DNA of 63,182 nucleotides, filler included, from Octopus bimaculoides (GCF_001194135.2; 4 parts of 4 records of this genome joined end to end with filler, not necessarily neighbours in it), one strand, 5' to 3'; shown: positions 1-13,879, counted from the whole stretch's first letter. Made by a program: numbers and translations. Notes: a model not told the origin generated them from the letters alone.

Positions 1-47
<47 letters not shown>

Positions 48-109
48 TATATTATTTTATATTATATTATATTATATTATATTATATTATATTTGTTATA
101 TCATATGTA

Positions 110-775
110 GTGTGACTTCTACCTATTTAAAGTTGACAGAGCATCAAATAACTTGAGATCGCCACCTAGGCACAGTCTTAAATCTTGGTGTTTGGCCGAT
201 AGTGGAGTGCCTGAAATTTCATAGCATTGAACTTCATGTTATTTTTGTAAGCCCATTTGTATCTTTCATTCAGGTCTTTCTGCAGTTTTATGATGTCTTC
301 TGGGTTCCTAACTGCCTGCGATAGTTTTGTGTCATCAGCATAACTCGTTAGATTGGTTGACTGTATCGAGGAAAGCATGTCTGAGAAGGCTACTACAAAT
401 AGTAGTGGGACTTCGCTGAGAATTGGTGTCGCTTCAGAGTGAGCACCATTCGCTACAACTGTCTGACTCCTGCCCTTCAGAATGTCATGCAGCCACTTAC
501 CCAATTTCCCAGTAATACCAAGATTTCGCAGCTTGTGACATATCATGCCATGATCAACCTTGTCGAAGGCCTTGGCAAAGTCGAGGTATACTATATCTAC
601 AGCCGACTGGTTCAACCTTTATTTCAGTATCCAGTCAAAGTGCTGTAGCAGCTGTGTGAGGCAACTCCTCCCTGGACGGAAGCCATGTTGTGTGTTTATG
701 AGAAGGTTGTTTTCTTCTAGGAACGTGATCAGTCTTTTTCTTACAATGCGTTCCATTGTCTGGCTTGCTTATATT
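110..775 (-). mobile_element. Non-LTR retrotransposon (CR1/L2-like LINE) reverse transcriptase fragment, decayed
   Basis: Translation gives QHGFRPGRSCLTQLL...VDIVYLDFAKAFDKVDH...YADD. The GVPQGxVLGP motif is deleted (SEVP-LLF) and there is an in-frame stop just upstream of the ORF. Confidence 0.9.
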
Positions 776-1655
776 CTTTTATTTCTTTAATGCTTTCACT
801 CGCCGGAGTGCGGCCATGATGGAGCACCGNNNNNNNNNNNNNNNNNNNNNNNNNNNNNNNNNNNNNNNNNNNNNNNNNNNNNNNNNNNNNNNNNNNNNNN
901 NNNNNNNNNNNNNNNNNNNNNNNNNNNNNNNNNNNNNNNNNNNNNNNNNNNNNNNNNNNNNNNNNNNNNNNNNNNNNNNNNNNNNNNNNNNNNNNNNNNN
1001 NNNNNNNNNNNNNNNNNNNNNNNNNNNNNNNNNNNNNNNNNNNNNNNNNNNNNNNNNNNNNNNNNNNNNNNNNNNNNNNNNNNNNNNNNNNNNNNNNNNN
1101 NNNNNNNNNNNNNNNNNNNNNNNNNNNNNNNNNNNNNNNNNNNNNNNNNNNNNNNNNNNNNNNNNNNNNNNNNNNNNNNNNNNNNNNNNNNNNNNNNNNN
1201 NNNNNNNNNNNNNNNNNNNNNNNNNNNNNNNNNNNNNNNNNNNNNNNNNNNNNNNNNNNNNNNNNNNNNNNNNNNNNNNNNNNNNNNNNNNNNNNNNNNN
1301 NNNNNNNNNNNNNNNNNNNNNNNNNNNNNNNNNNNNNNNNNNNNNNNNNNNNNNNNNNNNNNNNNNNNNNNNNNNNNNNNNNNNNNNNNNAAAATACAGA
1401 GATGCCTATAATAGGACATCTAACCCGCTAGAAAGAGCAGAAAAAAACTCTATACCACAAAAATAGGGATAATTTCGAAAGGGAATGAAAAATAAAAACA
1501 TTTACCAATCTATTTTCCGATCTATTTAGATGTCCTATTATAGGCATCACTGTATTTTAAATGAATAATATATAGTCTATTGACTAATTTTTATTCTCGC
1601 TGGACCACTGGTGGTAAATAAAATTTCTAAAATTCTTTTGTTGCCCTATGATTTA

Positions 1656-1704
<49 letters not shown>

Positions 1705-4700
1705 GTGAAGTTGTACGAGTATGCTGGAAAAACGGTAAGATGAACAAAGGATTATTTTGGTAGTATCTGCAAAGATGATCATCAAACCAGGTTACGGATA
1801 TCATATGAAGAACACTTATGTGGCTTCTGTTGTCAAAGTGAGATTACACAATTGAATAATTTCGAAATATTTCACAACTGTCTCTGCTTTCAGTCACTAG
1901 TTCTGATCAGTCACTAGCTGCTGATAATATTTGATTCCGTAATAGCTTTTCCATCTTAGCAGCAGAGAAGCTGTTGTAAAATCATAATATTAGTAGTATG
2001 GAATGCCGAAGTAAAATGCTTCGGCTGCTTTGTAATCTATAACTAACCGCTTTCGTTGAAATTTACTCAAGTGTTACTGGAAAGTGTAAACTGATCACCA
2101 ATGTAGTCCACATTTTGATCAATGAAACTGACGTATTAGATAATGTTCATTTTAAAAATGATGTAAATAGCATTTTGCAGCATGCTACAAATATGGGTAC
2201 AGTCTACATCTCGGAAACTGAAATAAATATCAATTAGGTTACAATTATCAAGTAATGTGCATGAACCAGGCTGCTGGGAGTTAAAAGTTGACAGCCACTG
2301 ATATACAGCGGAGCATGAATAGGGTTATATTAACAATTCATTGACCAGAATACTTTGAATGGAAAAAATTTCAATGCTTACAGGAACCCTACCCATTTTC
2401 ATGCGCCAAAAGAGATGGTTATATTCATACACTGTCACAGACCAAGTGAAGGAATGATCTTTTTTTTTAGAAATAGAGAAATGTATGGCTAGTATGCTAT
2501 AAAAGAAGAAATATATCAGTGTCAGAATAACAAAGGAGATACCTATGTGGTTTATACCTTTTCTGTTTGGATAAGCAAAACCTTATCCTATATTTTTTCC
2601 GTCACTGATTCTGCTAAGGTAATAGATGGAATACATTCAAACACTGTTGATCATTTGTGTTCAGCTTGCGAGAAAAGCAAATGACTAAAAAAAAAAAGGA
2701 ATGTTTCTAACAGTTCCGGTTACTTTAGTTTGTGGAAATTCCTCAACAACAGAATATTGTAAAGATTTTCTAAACCAAGTAAGCCATAGTCCGTGATAAA
2801 TCAAATTTGTTTCATTTTATTCTGAGCGTTTACCTGATCTGCATCGAAAGTACACTGACCTTCGTCGTTGTATTGCAGCTCACATCCTATCTGATATCAT
2901 AGCCTCTCGGGGTTATGTAATGACATGTAAATGAGGATCATTTGTGCACCTTGATTTAAACAAAATTATTACATCCACATTCAGAAAGACCAAACATTCA
3001 GTCAGCCATGCATCAACACATTTAATTCTGCACCATACTGGGTACTTGAGAATTAAGATGGAAATTATCTTTACAAATAAAATAAAAATAAAAAAACTAC
3101 CTATATTAAGGTCTGAAAGGCTTTCTTTCAGATGTGCTAAAGAAAAGTTCATAGAACTACAATATTTTCTGTTAAAGGAAGCTCTTGATTATCTTAATTA
3201 GGTTTACGAGGTGTTTTTGTTGTTTTTAGTTCTGCTTTTTTAATATTCCACTGTTTTGAAATTTATTCCGCAACTACTGGGATCTGAAGACTACGCAGCA
3301 TTGTCATATTTCCTCTGATAACAAAGACAAAATCCCCGTATACCAGGTCGAGAATAAAGTGACCATTAATTAATGATACATTATAGTCAAGAAAAGTAAG
3401 GGAGACAAATTTAGAATTAAAAGTAATTAAAATTGCTTTTAAAAATGATTAAAAAAAACAATAAGGAGTAAAATCAATTTTAGGCAAGTACAGTGGCAAG
3501 TGATAGCATGTTTTCAGTATTATCAGTTCTTCTTAAGGATACTTACCAGATATGTATTGATAGGAGTCCTACCTCGTAACCTCACTTACTTCCCCCTCGC
3601 CGTGCAATTACTCACCCCACCCCGTGCAATTTTTTTATTCCAATTCTGAAAGCTTTCACCCTTGCCTCATGAGCAGAATTAATCATTATGCTCATTTTCT
3701 GCCCACCCGACTGCGGATGCAATTTTAATTAAGACTCTTTTGGCTCACCCTATTAAGTATGTTAGTGCCCACTTAACTAAATAAATAACAGCCTAGTCAT
3801 GGCTGGCCAACCTGATCACACCAATATCTATGACAAATTCAGTAACCTTTAAAACAACCCGTCTAGCGAAGGCATCAATTAGGAGAGTTGTTATATTTCC
3901 AGTGGACATGTTAAATATTTCGTCTTACTGGTTACTGTGACTTATTCGTTTCATTTGTTTTGTTTGTTTGTTTGTTTGTTTGTTTTTCACTATTCTTCCC
4001 TCTTTTCTAGTTTAATGAGTTTTTTTTTCTTTTCTATTGAATCAAATTACTTCACTGAATAGAACGTTTTGTTTGTAATTATTTTGCAATTAGTTTCGCA
4101 TCTTTACTTAGTAAATAAGAAAAGCTGTCTTTATTTTTTTTTTCTCACTAAAAGTATTGCAGAGAAACAATTGTGTATATGCCTTTCTGCCCATTTTCTC
4201 AATACATCTGCTAAAAAAAATATCTAGCTAGGGCATAGCTTTGCAATAATGAATCAATCACTTTCAGCACGGAAGTATGCATAATAGAGAAGAAACATTA
4301 TGACTGAAAAATCTAACAAGAAGACAATTTCACAGATTGTTTTGTCACCTGCTACTACTTTAATAATAATGTCGTTACTTAATATGCGTGTTTTAAGATA
4401 ATTGTCTCTTACAGAAAGGTCAGTATTGCAACCTGTTCAGATTCTCATGAACTGTTAATGATATTCCTATATCGATCGCAAGACTCCAAGTATGAAGCGC
4501 TTAACCCGGGTTTCTGTTACGTTAGAATTCCGAACCAGGCTAGAACGCTGGTTTATTACAGATAGTAGGTAAGTTAGTGTCAACATAGTTAATGCAGGGG
4601 TCACTAAAAATCTAATCAGAAATAATTGTCCGATGATGTTATTAGCGAATAATCAGTGTTATCTTAACTTTTCCAACACGTATAGATGACAACGCTGAGT

Positions 4701-4860
4701 GTGTTTTGGCCTTATTAGATCTCCTTAGCTAAATATGAACTTTACCGTACTTGCCGAGTAGTGATGAGAAAATTACTATGTACATACTATGAACTAATAT
4801 ATACAATACTGTACACAAGCTTATATGAAAATTAGCATACTGTTGGGAATAAATCACTGA

Positions 4861-4925
4861 GAGATGCACTCTGATACTTCGATACTCGGAGATGCACTCT
4901 GATACCTCGATACTCGGAGATGCAC
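4861..4925. repeat. 28-bp tandem repeat, ~2.3 copies
   Basis: Unit gagatgcactctgatacytcgatactcg starts at 4861, 4889 and 4917. Confidence 0.9.
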
Positions 4926-6645
4926 GCCGCATGGAAAATAGTATTCAAATTAATGTTAACAAAGCACGTTTTTAGTTCTCTTGCTTAATAAATTTCAAGA
5001 TATGCTATGGAAACTAGGCGTACATTTTATAATATAATATAATAGGCGTACATTTTATAATATAATATTGTCTTCATATTTTATAATATAATATTGTCTT
5101 CATATATTCATATATCTAAAGACACTGATCCCACACACACCCACGCACATACATACATGCACATTATGTACTTCATGTAGATAGGGATGTAGATGCAGAG
5201 TAAATATAGAAGTCTATTTTGTGTATGTGTGTGAACGCGTGTCAAACTTAAATGAGAAAGTTGTAGCCAAGTTGGCAAAATAAGCTTGTGAAAATTAAAC
5301 CCTACCTCATTCTATCCTATCACAGGCCCCAAAATTACTTCCTCAATATAACTTCAAGGTAGTGGCCCATGACGAACCAAGGAACAGAAGTGTATGTTTT
5401 CTTGCAATCCAGTTAGACTATAACCATAATCTTCCTATGTTCTCACGTTTTATTGACAGACTGATGATTCGAAAACATTCGCAGCTGCTTGTTCAACTCT
5501 AATGATATTGCTACTATCGCAGTATTCCATGAGAAATAAGTTCAGACAGGATGTATATATTTTGAATATTAAATTCTGGCATACTGTTGACTGTTAGCTT
5601 TTTATCGTGTGAATAGCTTTAGTTTTTAGTGTCAGACTTGTTTCTGCCAACGCTAGCCAGCCTCATATATGTATAACTCCATGGAGAGTTTTTTATTTAA
5701 GATCAATAAGATATACCCGGTGGAAAGTCAGTTGTTTCGTACGAGTAGACAATCTCTCCTAATGCTTTCCTATCCTGCAGAATTTTTATCACGGTTTCAA
5801 GGATATCACTATTGTTACTGTATACTTTAGAGTAATACAGGAACACTATTTCTTACGGATTCCGATATAGCCACATTGCATCTTAGTTAAATTCCTTCCC
5901 CCCATTCCAAATTTTCCTCTAAAATGAACCCATATTTCAAAAGAAGCAGACTTTTTTTGGTTGTTTTATTTCCCAGTAGATTAATTTCGACTGAAATTTT
6001 GTTAATTCTTTTTGTTTCAGTTACTGTTTTCTGATGACAGATTTTCTCACTGATACTTTTAACTTCTATTTGAGAGCAATCAATTTATAATCATTTGTCT
6101 TTTTTTAGTAACTTCAGATATTTTCTATTTTATTTTTCAATTCTTTTATGAGAAATAAGTTGTTGGTTTTTTGTTTGTATTTGGAAGTGATATGTATTAC
6201 AGGAAAGTTGATGCACTTCAGTGTATCAACGGCCTTTTTTTTTCCCTAAAGAAAAAAGAAAATAATCCTTTCTTGAAAAATTTCATTGGCATTACGCAGG
6301 GTTACAGATTTCTCGCTTTCTCCTGACTCCAACTCTCTCTCCTTCTTATATATATGTTAATTTCTTTCTTTCTCTTCCTCTTTCTCTAAATTACCTTTTA
6401 CGTTAAATCTATTAACGGTTTTTAAAAAAATAACTTGCTGACGTTCTCCATACATTATATACTTACGTACGCGATAATCGCATTCGGTTAAAATGGCTTA
6501 TTGATGTATTTCCTTTTTTTTCCCCGACGAGATGATTGCATTGTTTTACATCATTTGATTCCCTCCGGAGTAATCTCAATGCCTTTTCCGAAACATATGT
6601 CGGAAGTACAAATGATTTAACACCTGCGTTTGACTCCATTTCTTA

Positions 6646-6646
<1 letters not shown>

Positions 6647-6693
<47 letters not shown>

Positions 6694-6722
6694 GTCTATC
6701 TATCTATCTATCTATCTATCTA
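6647..6722. repeat. (CTAT)n microsatellite
   Basis: Read directly from sequence. Confidence 0.95.
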
Positions 6723-7073
6723 CCAAATGAAAGACAGAAGATGGAATATACGAGAATTTATTATTAATCACAATGTTTCGACACATCTAGCATCGATTCC
6801 TCTTGGGTGGGACACTCAACAACTGGTTCAGGAGCATCCGGTGGTACAAATGTATCTCCTCGGGTAATAAAAAATAAATGCAACTCGTTAAAATGACTGT
6901 TCCGCAATATAACTTTCCGTTTTGTAGAGAGAAAAACAGCTAGACNNNNNNNNNNNNNNNNNNNNNNNNNNNNNNNNNNNNNNNNNNNNNNNNNNNNNNN
7001 NNNNNNNNNNNNNNNNNNNNNNNNNNNNNNNNNNNNNNNNNNNNNNNNNNNNNNNNNNNNNNNNNNNNNNNNN

Positions 7074-7113
<40 letters not shown>

Positions 7114-7649
7114 CACACACATACATACACACACACACATATATACATATATGCTAGAAAGAACAAACTGTTCAGCATGTAATCTTTTAATGTCTAATAT
7201 TTCCATGATGACATTTTGCTCACAACTTATAAATGCAAATTTATTGACTGAGTACAAAACGAAACAATTGTAGGAATGATTATAAATTTATTAATAAACT
7301 AATTATTAACCATTAACTCACCATTTTCTTCTCTTAATTGAATATGGATTATATGCTTAATATATACCAACCGAATTAGGGAATTTTGTTTCCCCAAAAT
7401 ATAAGGTACAGAACCAGTGAGATCTTGGATGTAATCATCCCTTTAAGAGGTTTATATATCCAAACGTATGAGAAAAGAAGTATACAGAGATATAATTTTC
7501 ATAATAGCCCTATATATAGAAGGTAAGGGAATATTAAAATAAAGTATATAAAGAGAGTTTATGTTATAGTAATACAACGGTGATAAGATAAGGTTCTATA
7601 TTGAGTAATAAGGGACAATATAACGTGATTTTTTAAAAAGTATTAAACT

Positions 7650-9855
7650 AAGAAATAATGTAGTAAATAGCTATTATAGATTAATGAATAGGAATTTGGT
7701 CATGTGTTTACATGCGAGATATTTTCATCCCTCGTATTAACTAGGTTTCCATTCATTCTCATTATATTATAGCTCTCTTCTAGACATAATCTGCAAATGT
7801 TATTGTTATTTCTGTAAGAAGGGGTCGAAGATAGAATTTTCCCGGAAATTGAGAAATTAATATTGTTTCGTTTGAGGTACCAATTTTTTATTATTTTTTT
7901 TATAATCTGCTACTCTTCTCTTTTCTATGGTCCCTAAAGGTGGATTCGTGAATCGAAATTCGCGATTTAACCCAGTTTTGAGTGCAACCTATGCATACAT
8001 CTCGATGAGTCTCGCGTGATAATTGTTGCCTGGTATACAACATCTTTCTTTTTACAATATTTTCTAATTTACAAGCATTAGAGTCTCTGGAATTGCAATT
8101 TGTATTTGTGGGTGGTGTAGTGTTATATGTATGTTTTGTTGAGTTATAAGAATTATGGTTATTATTAGTATTGATATTGTTAATTGTAGGATTATATAGT
8201 TTTTTTATTAATATTATTGGAGGTTCTAGGTTCAGTTTTAGTAATTTTGTTTTGATAGAGTTGATCTAGTTTCTTATTGTTAAATGAAGATATTATCCTA
8301 AAAAGATTAGGAGAAATTGAATATCCAAATCTAATATGTTTATTATTAAATATTTTTGCATATTTAATGTGTTTGAAGTTTTTATTAATAATCATTCTGG
8401 TGGATCTAATAAAGTTCGATTTTAAGTGTTTTGCAAAGGGAGATATTATCTAAATGGTTTTCTCGTTGTCTGCTTAGGTAAAGAATTGGGTTGTATTCAG
8501 AGAGTCAAATCTTTTCATACATGGTATAGATTTACTTTTTACTATGTTGTTCCTATCCTTACTAATTAGAGTATTTATGTTATTCATGTCATTCTAGGAA
8601 TTTGTCTTATTTTGATTATTCCCGTTTTCTCTGTTTGTTACCTTAATGTTCCCACTTTTATCTTAAATTATACAGTTATGGTGTATGTTGACACTATTTT
8701 AAAGTTTGTTTACATGAGTGTGGTTAGGAAGGTGGCAATTAATTATTCAGATTTATATTCTTTTTCTGAGTTTTATTTCTGTTGTTGTGCTCGTAATGCA
8801 TGAGCTTTTCTTTTTTTGCATTGTTATTATAATGATGACGGTCGGGTTTATTGTTGATGTTATGCTTATGACTATTATTGGGAGTTTTCGTTTTTTGTTT
8901 ATTAGGATATATTATTTCATTATATGTATTAGATTCACTAATTTTAACTTCATTATTTTTGTATTTATGTTTAATATGATTTATACTAGTGTTGTGGTTT
9001 TGTTATACTTAATTTCATATTTATATCCTGACTTCTTAAGTGCTAGGTTAAAATAGTCCTTATCTTTATTAAATATTTCTTCGTTAAATGATAGTAAATT
9101 TATTCTTCTCTCTATGTTAGCGGTCAAGTTTTCTATAATGTTGTGTGGATGGTTGCTGTGCGTATTTATGTATGTAATATTGGTGTTAGGTTTATGGTAA
9201 GGCTAATAGGTAGAAGTATTAAGGCTGAAGTTAACGTCGATGAAGTCCACAGAGTTATCTTTTTCAATGGAAATAGAGAGTCCTTGGTTTTTTAAAAATG
9301 TATGTAGTCTTTTTTTTGCAGAGTTCTAATTTTTTATTTTGAGGTGTGTTCCTGACTAAGAATAGAGCGTCGTCCCGGTATAATCCATCTTCGAATTCTG
9401 GGAATTCTTCCTTAAATTTGTGCAATAGGTATATTCTGACTAAGCCAGTTACTTCGGTGGAATCTTGCGCGCCCATAGATATATCGAAGCAGTCAGGTGT
9501 ATCTTTCCTAGTCCAATATTTTCCTTCGCGTAATATTACTGTCTTCCTAGCTGCGAGTATAATTTTAATTTCCTTCATAGATAAGCTAGTTCTGTTCTTG
9601 GCGAAGATTAGAGCCTTATTTAATAATATTAGGTTAATTGACTGGTAATAGTTGTTAATGTCCTGTTGAATGAATTTGCATTTTTCTTGTCGTGTTTGTT
9701 GGTAAACCGGTTTACTGCATCTAGCATTGTGGACCAAAGGCTGAGTTCTATTTTTGATTTAAGTGAGTGTAGATATCTACCTATATTAATTTTGCTGAGT
9801 TTTCCTGGGTCTGATTTACAAGAGCAAATAAGCCTTACTTTTAAATCAATCTGAA
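7650..9855 (-). mobile_element. Penelope-like element, Naiad-type (RT + C-terminal GIY-YIG endonuclease), frameshifted, 5' end cut by microsatellite/linker
   Basis: Successive frames read RLICSCKSDPGKLSK, KCKFIQQDINNYYQSI, FDISMGAQDSTEVTGLV, GLYRDD, VDFIDVNF..Y*PYHKPN..SNHP, KTI*IISPF..KIFN..YS..PN, NCNS, DVVYQATI..IGCTQ, CRLC and CKH. These match Naiad-type PLE motifs as I recall them. Confidence 0.88.
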
Positions 9856-9863
9856 AGGTTTCT

Positions 9864-9895
<32 letters not shown>

Positions 9896-9995
9896 NNNNN
9901 NNNNNNNNNNNNNNNNNNNNNNNNNNNNNNNNNNNNNNNTTAATTAATTAANNNNNNNNNNNNNNNNNNNNNNNNNNNNNNNNNNNNNNNNNNNN
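9896..9995. other. Artificial 100-bp scaffold linker N44-TTAATTAATTAA-N44
   Basis: Exact 44+12+44 structure. The 12-mer gives stop codons in all six frames, and the block recurs three times identically. Confidence 0.92.
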
Positions 9996-10217
9996 TAGCA
10001 GATGACAACTTCTAATTATCCTCGAAAAGAACAGCAGTGAGCGACTTGAAATTTTACTTCAAATAGATATCCATTTAATTATATAAGTGTACAGAACCCA
10101 CTTCAACTGTTTCTATTTTATATAACATTCTGTGAACAGCAAAACACATATTTTTTTGTAGTTTCAGCACAGAGCTGCGGCCATGCTGCTGCACCACCGT
10201 TTAAAAATGTGTGGGAC

Positions 10218-10335
10218 GTTTATAGAACCTAGGTTTCCCAGACGGTCACCCACCCAAGTACTCACCAGGCTTGATGCTGCTTAACTTCGGTGATCGGACG
10301 AGAACCGGTGCTCTCAGCGTGATATGGCCGTAAGA
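10218..10335 (-). rRNA. 5S rRNA-derived sequence, full length (~118 nt), probably a pseudogene or SINE3-type head
   Basis: Reverse complement reads tcttacggccatatcacgctgagagcaccggttctcgtccgatcaccgaagttaagcagcatcaagcctggtgagtacttgggtgggtgaccgtctgggaaacctaggttctataaac. Box A and box C regions are recognisable. There are CpG-decay-like changes (gcatcaag vs gcgtcgag) and an imperfect terminal helix. Confidence 0.88.
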
Positions 10336-10369
10336 ATTTTTATAAATATAAAATATATTCTTTTACGCA

Positions 10370-10960
10370 CACTGTCCGTGTCTTTGAATCCAAAAATCCT
10401 GGTGTTAACTTGAACTCATGTATGCGTTCTAACTAATCAGTTACTGCTGCATGCCAAAGCTTGGGGTTTCTCCAGTCAGTATTATTACACATTTCTTGAT
10501 TTGGGGTCATTTTCGCACGCTTTTCACTTCCTTTCGCTTCAATAGTTTTTCCATGACTGGTTCGTGTCGTACGAGTATATAGTCTAATTTCTGGAAATTT
10601 CTTTGATTTGAACGTTGTAAGCAATTGTTATGAGCAATACGATGCCGTAGTTATCGTTACCGCACTCGTTTGTGATGTTCTCCAAGTGCAATTTACCTAT
10701 ATAAGTTTGGGGTGGCTGGCACTTCACGTCTCTTCCCTGCATCCTCTGCTGACTATTTGCATTAAAGTTCTCATACGTATAAAAGTGTACAGCAATTTTC
10801 CGTATGGTTTTTGCAAGAACTTCTCATTATGATCTTTATTGATTGGCACTATATAATTGAACTGATTTTTGCCGTTTTTGATGATGTCTTCGGCTTTTGT
10901 ATGCAACAAGGTTGTTTTTATTATTCGACTTTGTAACTTGCTAGTTTAGGCGAGTTCCAT
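10370..10960 (-). mobile_element. Highly decayed LINE 3' region, possibly R4/Dong clade
   Basis: Broken motifs QKPYGK (cf. KPLHG), GCREET (cf. CRLC..ET), RHEPV (cf. RHD.V), ENPKLW and DFWIQ. Confidence 0.35.
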
Positions 10961-13879
10961 CAATGCGTGAGTCTATGCACACCAATTCATCCTCTCTTTG
11001 GGTCAAACAATCAATACCCTGAGTAAATTTATGTTGTGCCAACGGGGTTGTCACATTCACTTCACATGTACTGGTCGAGGTTGACTTTAAAAGGACTACA
11101 GAAGATAATGTGTCCCTTACAAATTCACAGAGGTATGAAGCCTGACGTCATTAATATACTGGTTGGTTTAGCGTAAAGTTATTTGGTTTGGTTGAATCAA
11201 CAGCTTCACATGTTGAAATAACTGAAATAACTGATGATCGCTCTAAAAGCATTTTCTTCGTGGAGAAATGCATTTCAATCTCTCACAACTATAAAACATT
11301 TCACGTTAATTTCACTACAATTCCATTCCAAATATCACCGGTATACAGACTTTCACTATACATTCTTAAATAGTTTCTGTACCTTTATATCCTACTTTAT
11401 TGAATCTTTAAAATCGTAAAAATTCAGTGATGCATAAAGTTGGATGCTTAAGAACATAAACTTCAGCCATAAGTTTTTGGTGAGACGATGATGTTAAGAT
11501 CCAGTCTCCACAACAACGAATAAAACTCGTCCTCCATTTAGTTAATCTACATATAATGGCTTTTACATCTGTAAATATATTTCTACGAAATACAATAACT
11601 TCATCTTATTCAGATGCTTTAATGAATATCTATTTCATTTCTCCTTCGTACTTCCTACTGCGATAAATAAACATTTATCATGTTACATAAACTGGCTCTT
11701 CTTACCTTTGAGATATCAATTGTAACTTTTCTCTGTGTTTCTCAGTAATTTCTGTATTTCAGTAATTTCAACTGCCGCCAGTAATTTTATATATTTAATT
11801 TCATCCACGTTTGACAGTCCTCGATACAAATACATGATATTTGCCAAGTTAATGGCTGCGGTTCCCCTCCTACGATGTTGTTTGAAGATAAGCTTTTGTG
11901 TGTGTATGTATATATACATATGTGTGTGTGTGTATGTATATATACATATGTGTGTGTGTGTGTGAGTATTATGTATGTATGTTCGATATGTCAGGTCGCT
12001 TTAACATGTAACCCAGTACAAACTGTTGCAGGGCCGGATCATCGGCGACTCAACTGGCAACTCCGTCAAGTTTGCTTGGTGAGGTGGGTTATTGTTGGAC
12101 ACCCTGCAAGACGGAATAGCTCATGAGCAGTCAATGGCCATCCAACAATATGTGTACATGTGTATATAAGCATGCATATATGTGCGGAGACATGGAAATA
12201 TCTGAGTTGTTCTCCAGGTGCGCGGTTGGCCGACTGGAAGCCGGAGACACCACTGCTTTTTGGTCATAACATCTCTATAGGAGAGAGAGACTCGGAGAGA
12301 AAACCTGTGGCACTGACAATATTCGATGATGTAGTTCTTTTTTTCTTTTTAGTTTATGTTGTCCATGTTCAGAGAATGAAATTGGATTTGTGCAAATCCT
12401 ATCTCCACGGTAAAAAAAAAAAAAATAATGATAATAATCAGGCACAGGCATCGCTTGAAAAAAAAGTAAGACCTAACGTAAAAACAATTGGTCGTAGCTT
12501 TCGGATGTGTGGGACTTTCCATCAGGCGATTGCAATGCTTAAACACAAGTTTGCAGCCATCACATGTATGTATGTATGTATGTATGTATGCATGCATGTA
12601 TGCATGCATGTATGTATGTATGTATGTATGTATTCTCACAGCATGACATAGATAAACTCATGATGAATTTAAACTACTCAGAATATGTATCTTAAATCTT
12701 TCGTTATGTAAAACTGAACAGCTATAAATAAACGTTGCTGCTCTCTTCGTGCGAAGAACATAATAAAAGGTAGTAGAGGTGATTTGTTCGACCAAACGCT
12801 TCAAGGTGGTGCCCTACAATCGCTGAAATCCTATGACTGAAACAAAGGAAAGATAACAGTTAATTGCTTCTAATCGCTAGCGTAAATGAAGACATATTGC
12901 GCCACAAATTGGTTCCTATCACCATTGAGTATTTGAGAAGTCAGAGTAAAACAATACCCCTGCGTAATTTGCGTTGATTAATTATTTTTTTTAAATTTTA
13001 ATTGTCTTGAAAATCCTAATTCATGATTATTCTTAGGAAGAGATAAGCTTGTCGGATAAATTATTTTATCCTGATTTTCTTCCCTAATATATATAATGAT
13101 TGCTTTTTTAATTTAACACGTATAATTACTCATTAACGATTAACATTTAATTACCTATTGAATTAATGCCTGAACATTCTACCTTGCACTTTACAGTAAA
13201 CATTTTAATTTGCAACAGTAGATATGCAACCTAACATCTTTCAAATTATGGTAATTATTTTTTCTGTTTTATACCTAGCTGCGTGTGTCTTTTAGGCAAA
13301 ACAACTAATGAGAAATAAATAACGTAGCAATGAATTACACAAACAAACAAATAAAAAGTGTGAAATCTTTATATACATACAATTTGAGTTTATTCATTAA
13401 CTCGTTACACGCAAACTCTTTTCATCATTAAATATTTCCTATACATTGAAAATGAATGCATATGCCCAAATGCTTAGTTTGTTGGACTCAAGATTACCAT
13501 ACCGAGACTCGATACCCAGATTGTGCGACGTGTTGCAGGAGCTTCCTGGCATCTTATTTCACACTGCTTGACTCCACATTAAGGAAGATGTGTGTGTCGT
13601 AGTGCAGAGCCTTAGAGACTAATTCCACATGTTCGAAATACAAGTTGTCAACAGCAGTTAATTTCTATGGTATACTGCATGATGGGGTTTTTTTTAATCC
13701 AAGATGATATATTTAACGTGCTTGTTGCAAGCTTTTAAATAATATATATCCCTGAGAATTTATATGTAAAAAGTTCTCGGACTAATTCTGTAGCTCGTCA
13801 CAAAATCGCAGACTACACCATGCACGTTATAACCGAATCACCAGTTTCACAACTTGCGAAGTAAACACAGCTATCTTAC

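Noticed and set aside
5459-5480. CTGATGA-TTC-GAAA hammerhead-like string
   Set aside because: Only 3 nt lie between the core and GAAA, so stem II cannot form, and there is no stem I or III pairing.
6764-6870. Peptide GDTFVPPDAPEPVVECPTQEESMLDVSKHCD* as a terminal exon, or a hammerhead remnant (ccaagag...cgaaac)
   Set aside because: The acceptor would be a rare GAG and no homolog is recognised. The hammerhead reading lacks the CUGA core and a clean stem II.
7650-8130. Selenocysteine-encoding Naiad (some Naiads use UGA at GIY-YIG-region cysteines)
   Set aside because: The cysteine positions I could read (NCN, CRLC, CKH) are TGC/TGT. No in-frame TGA occurs at those sites and I did not recognise a SECIS.
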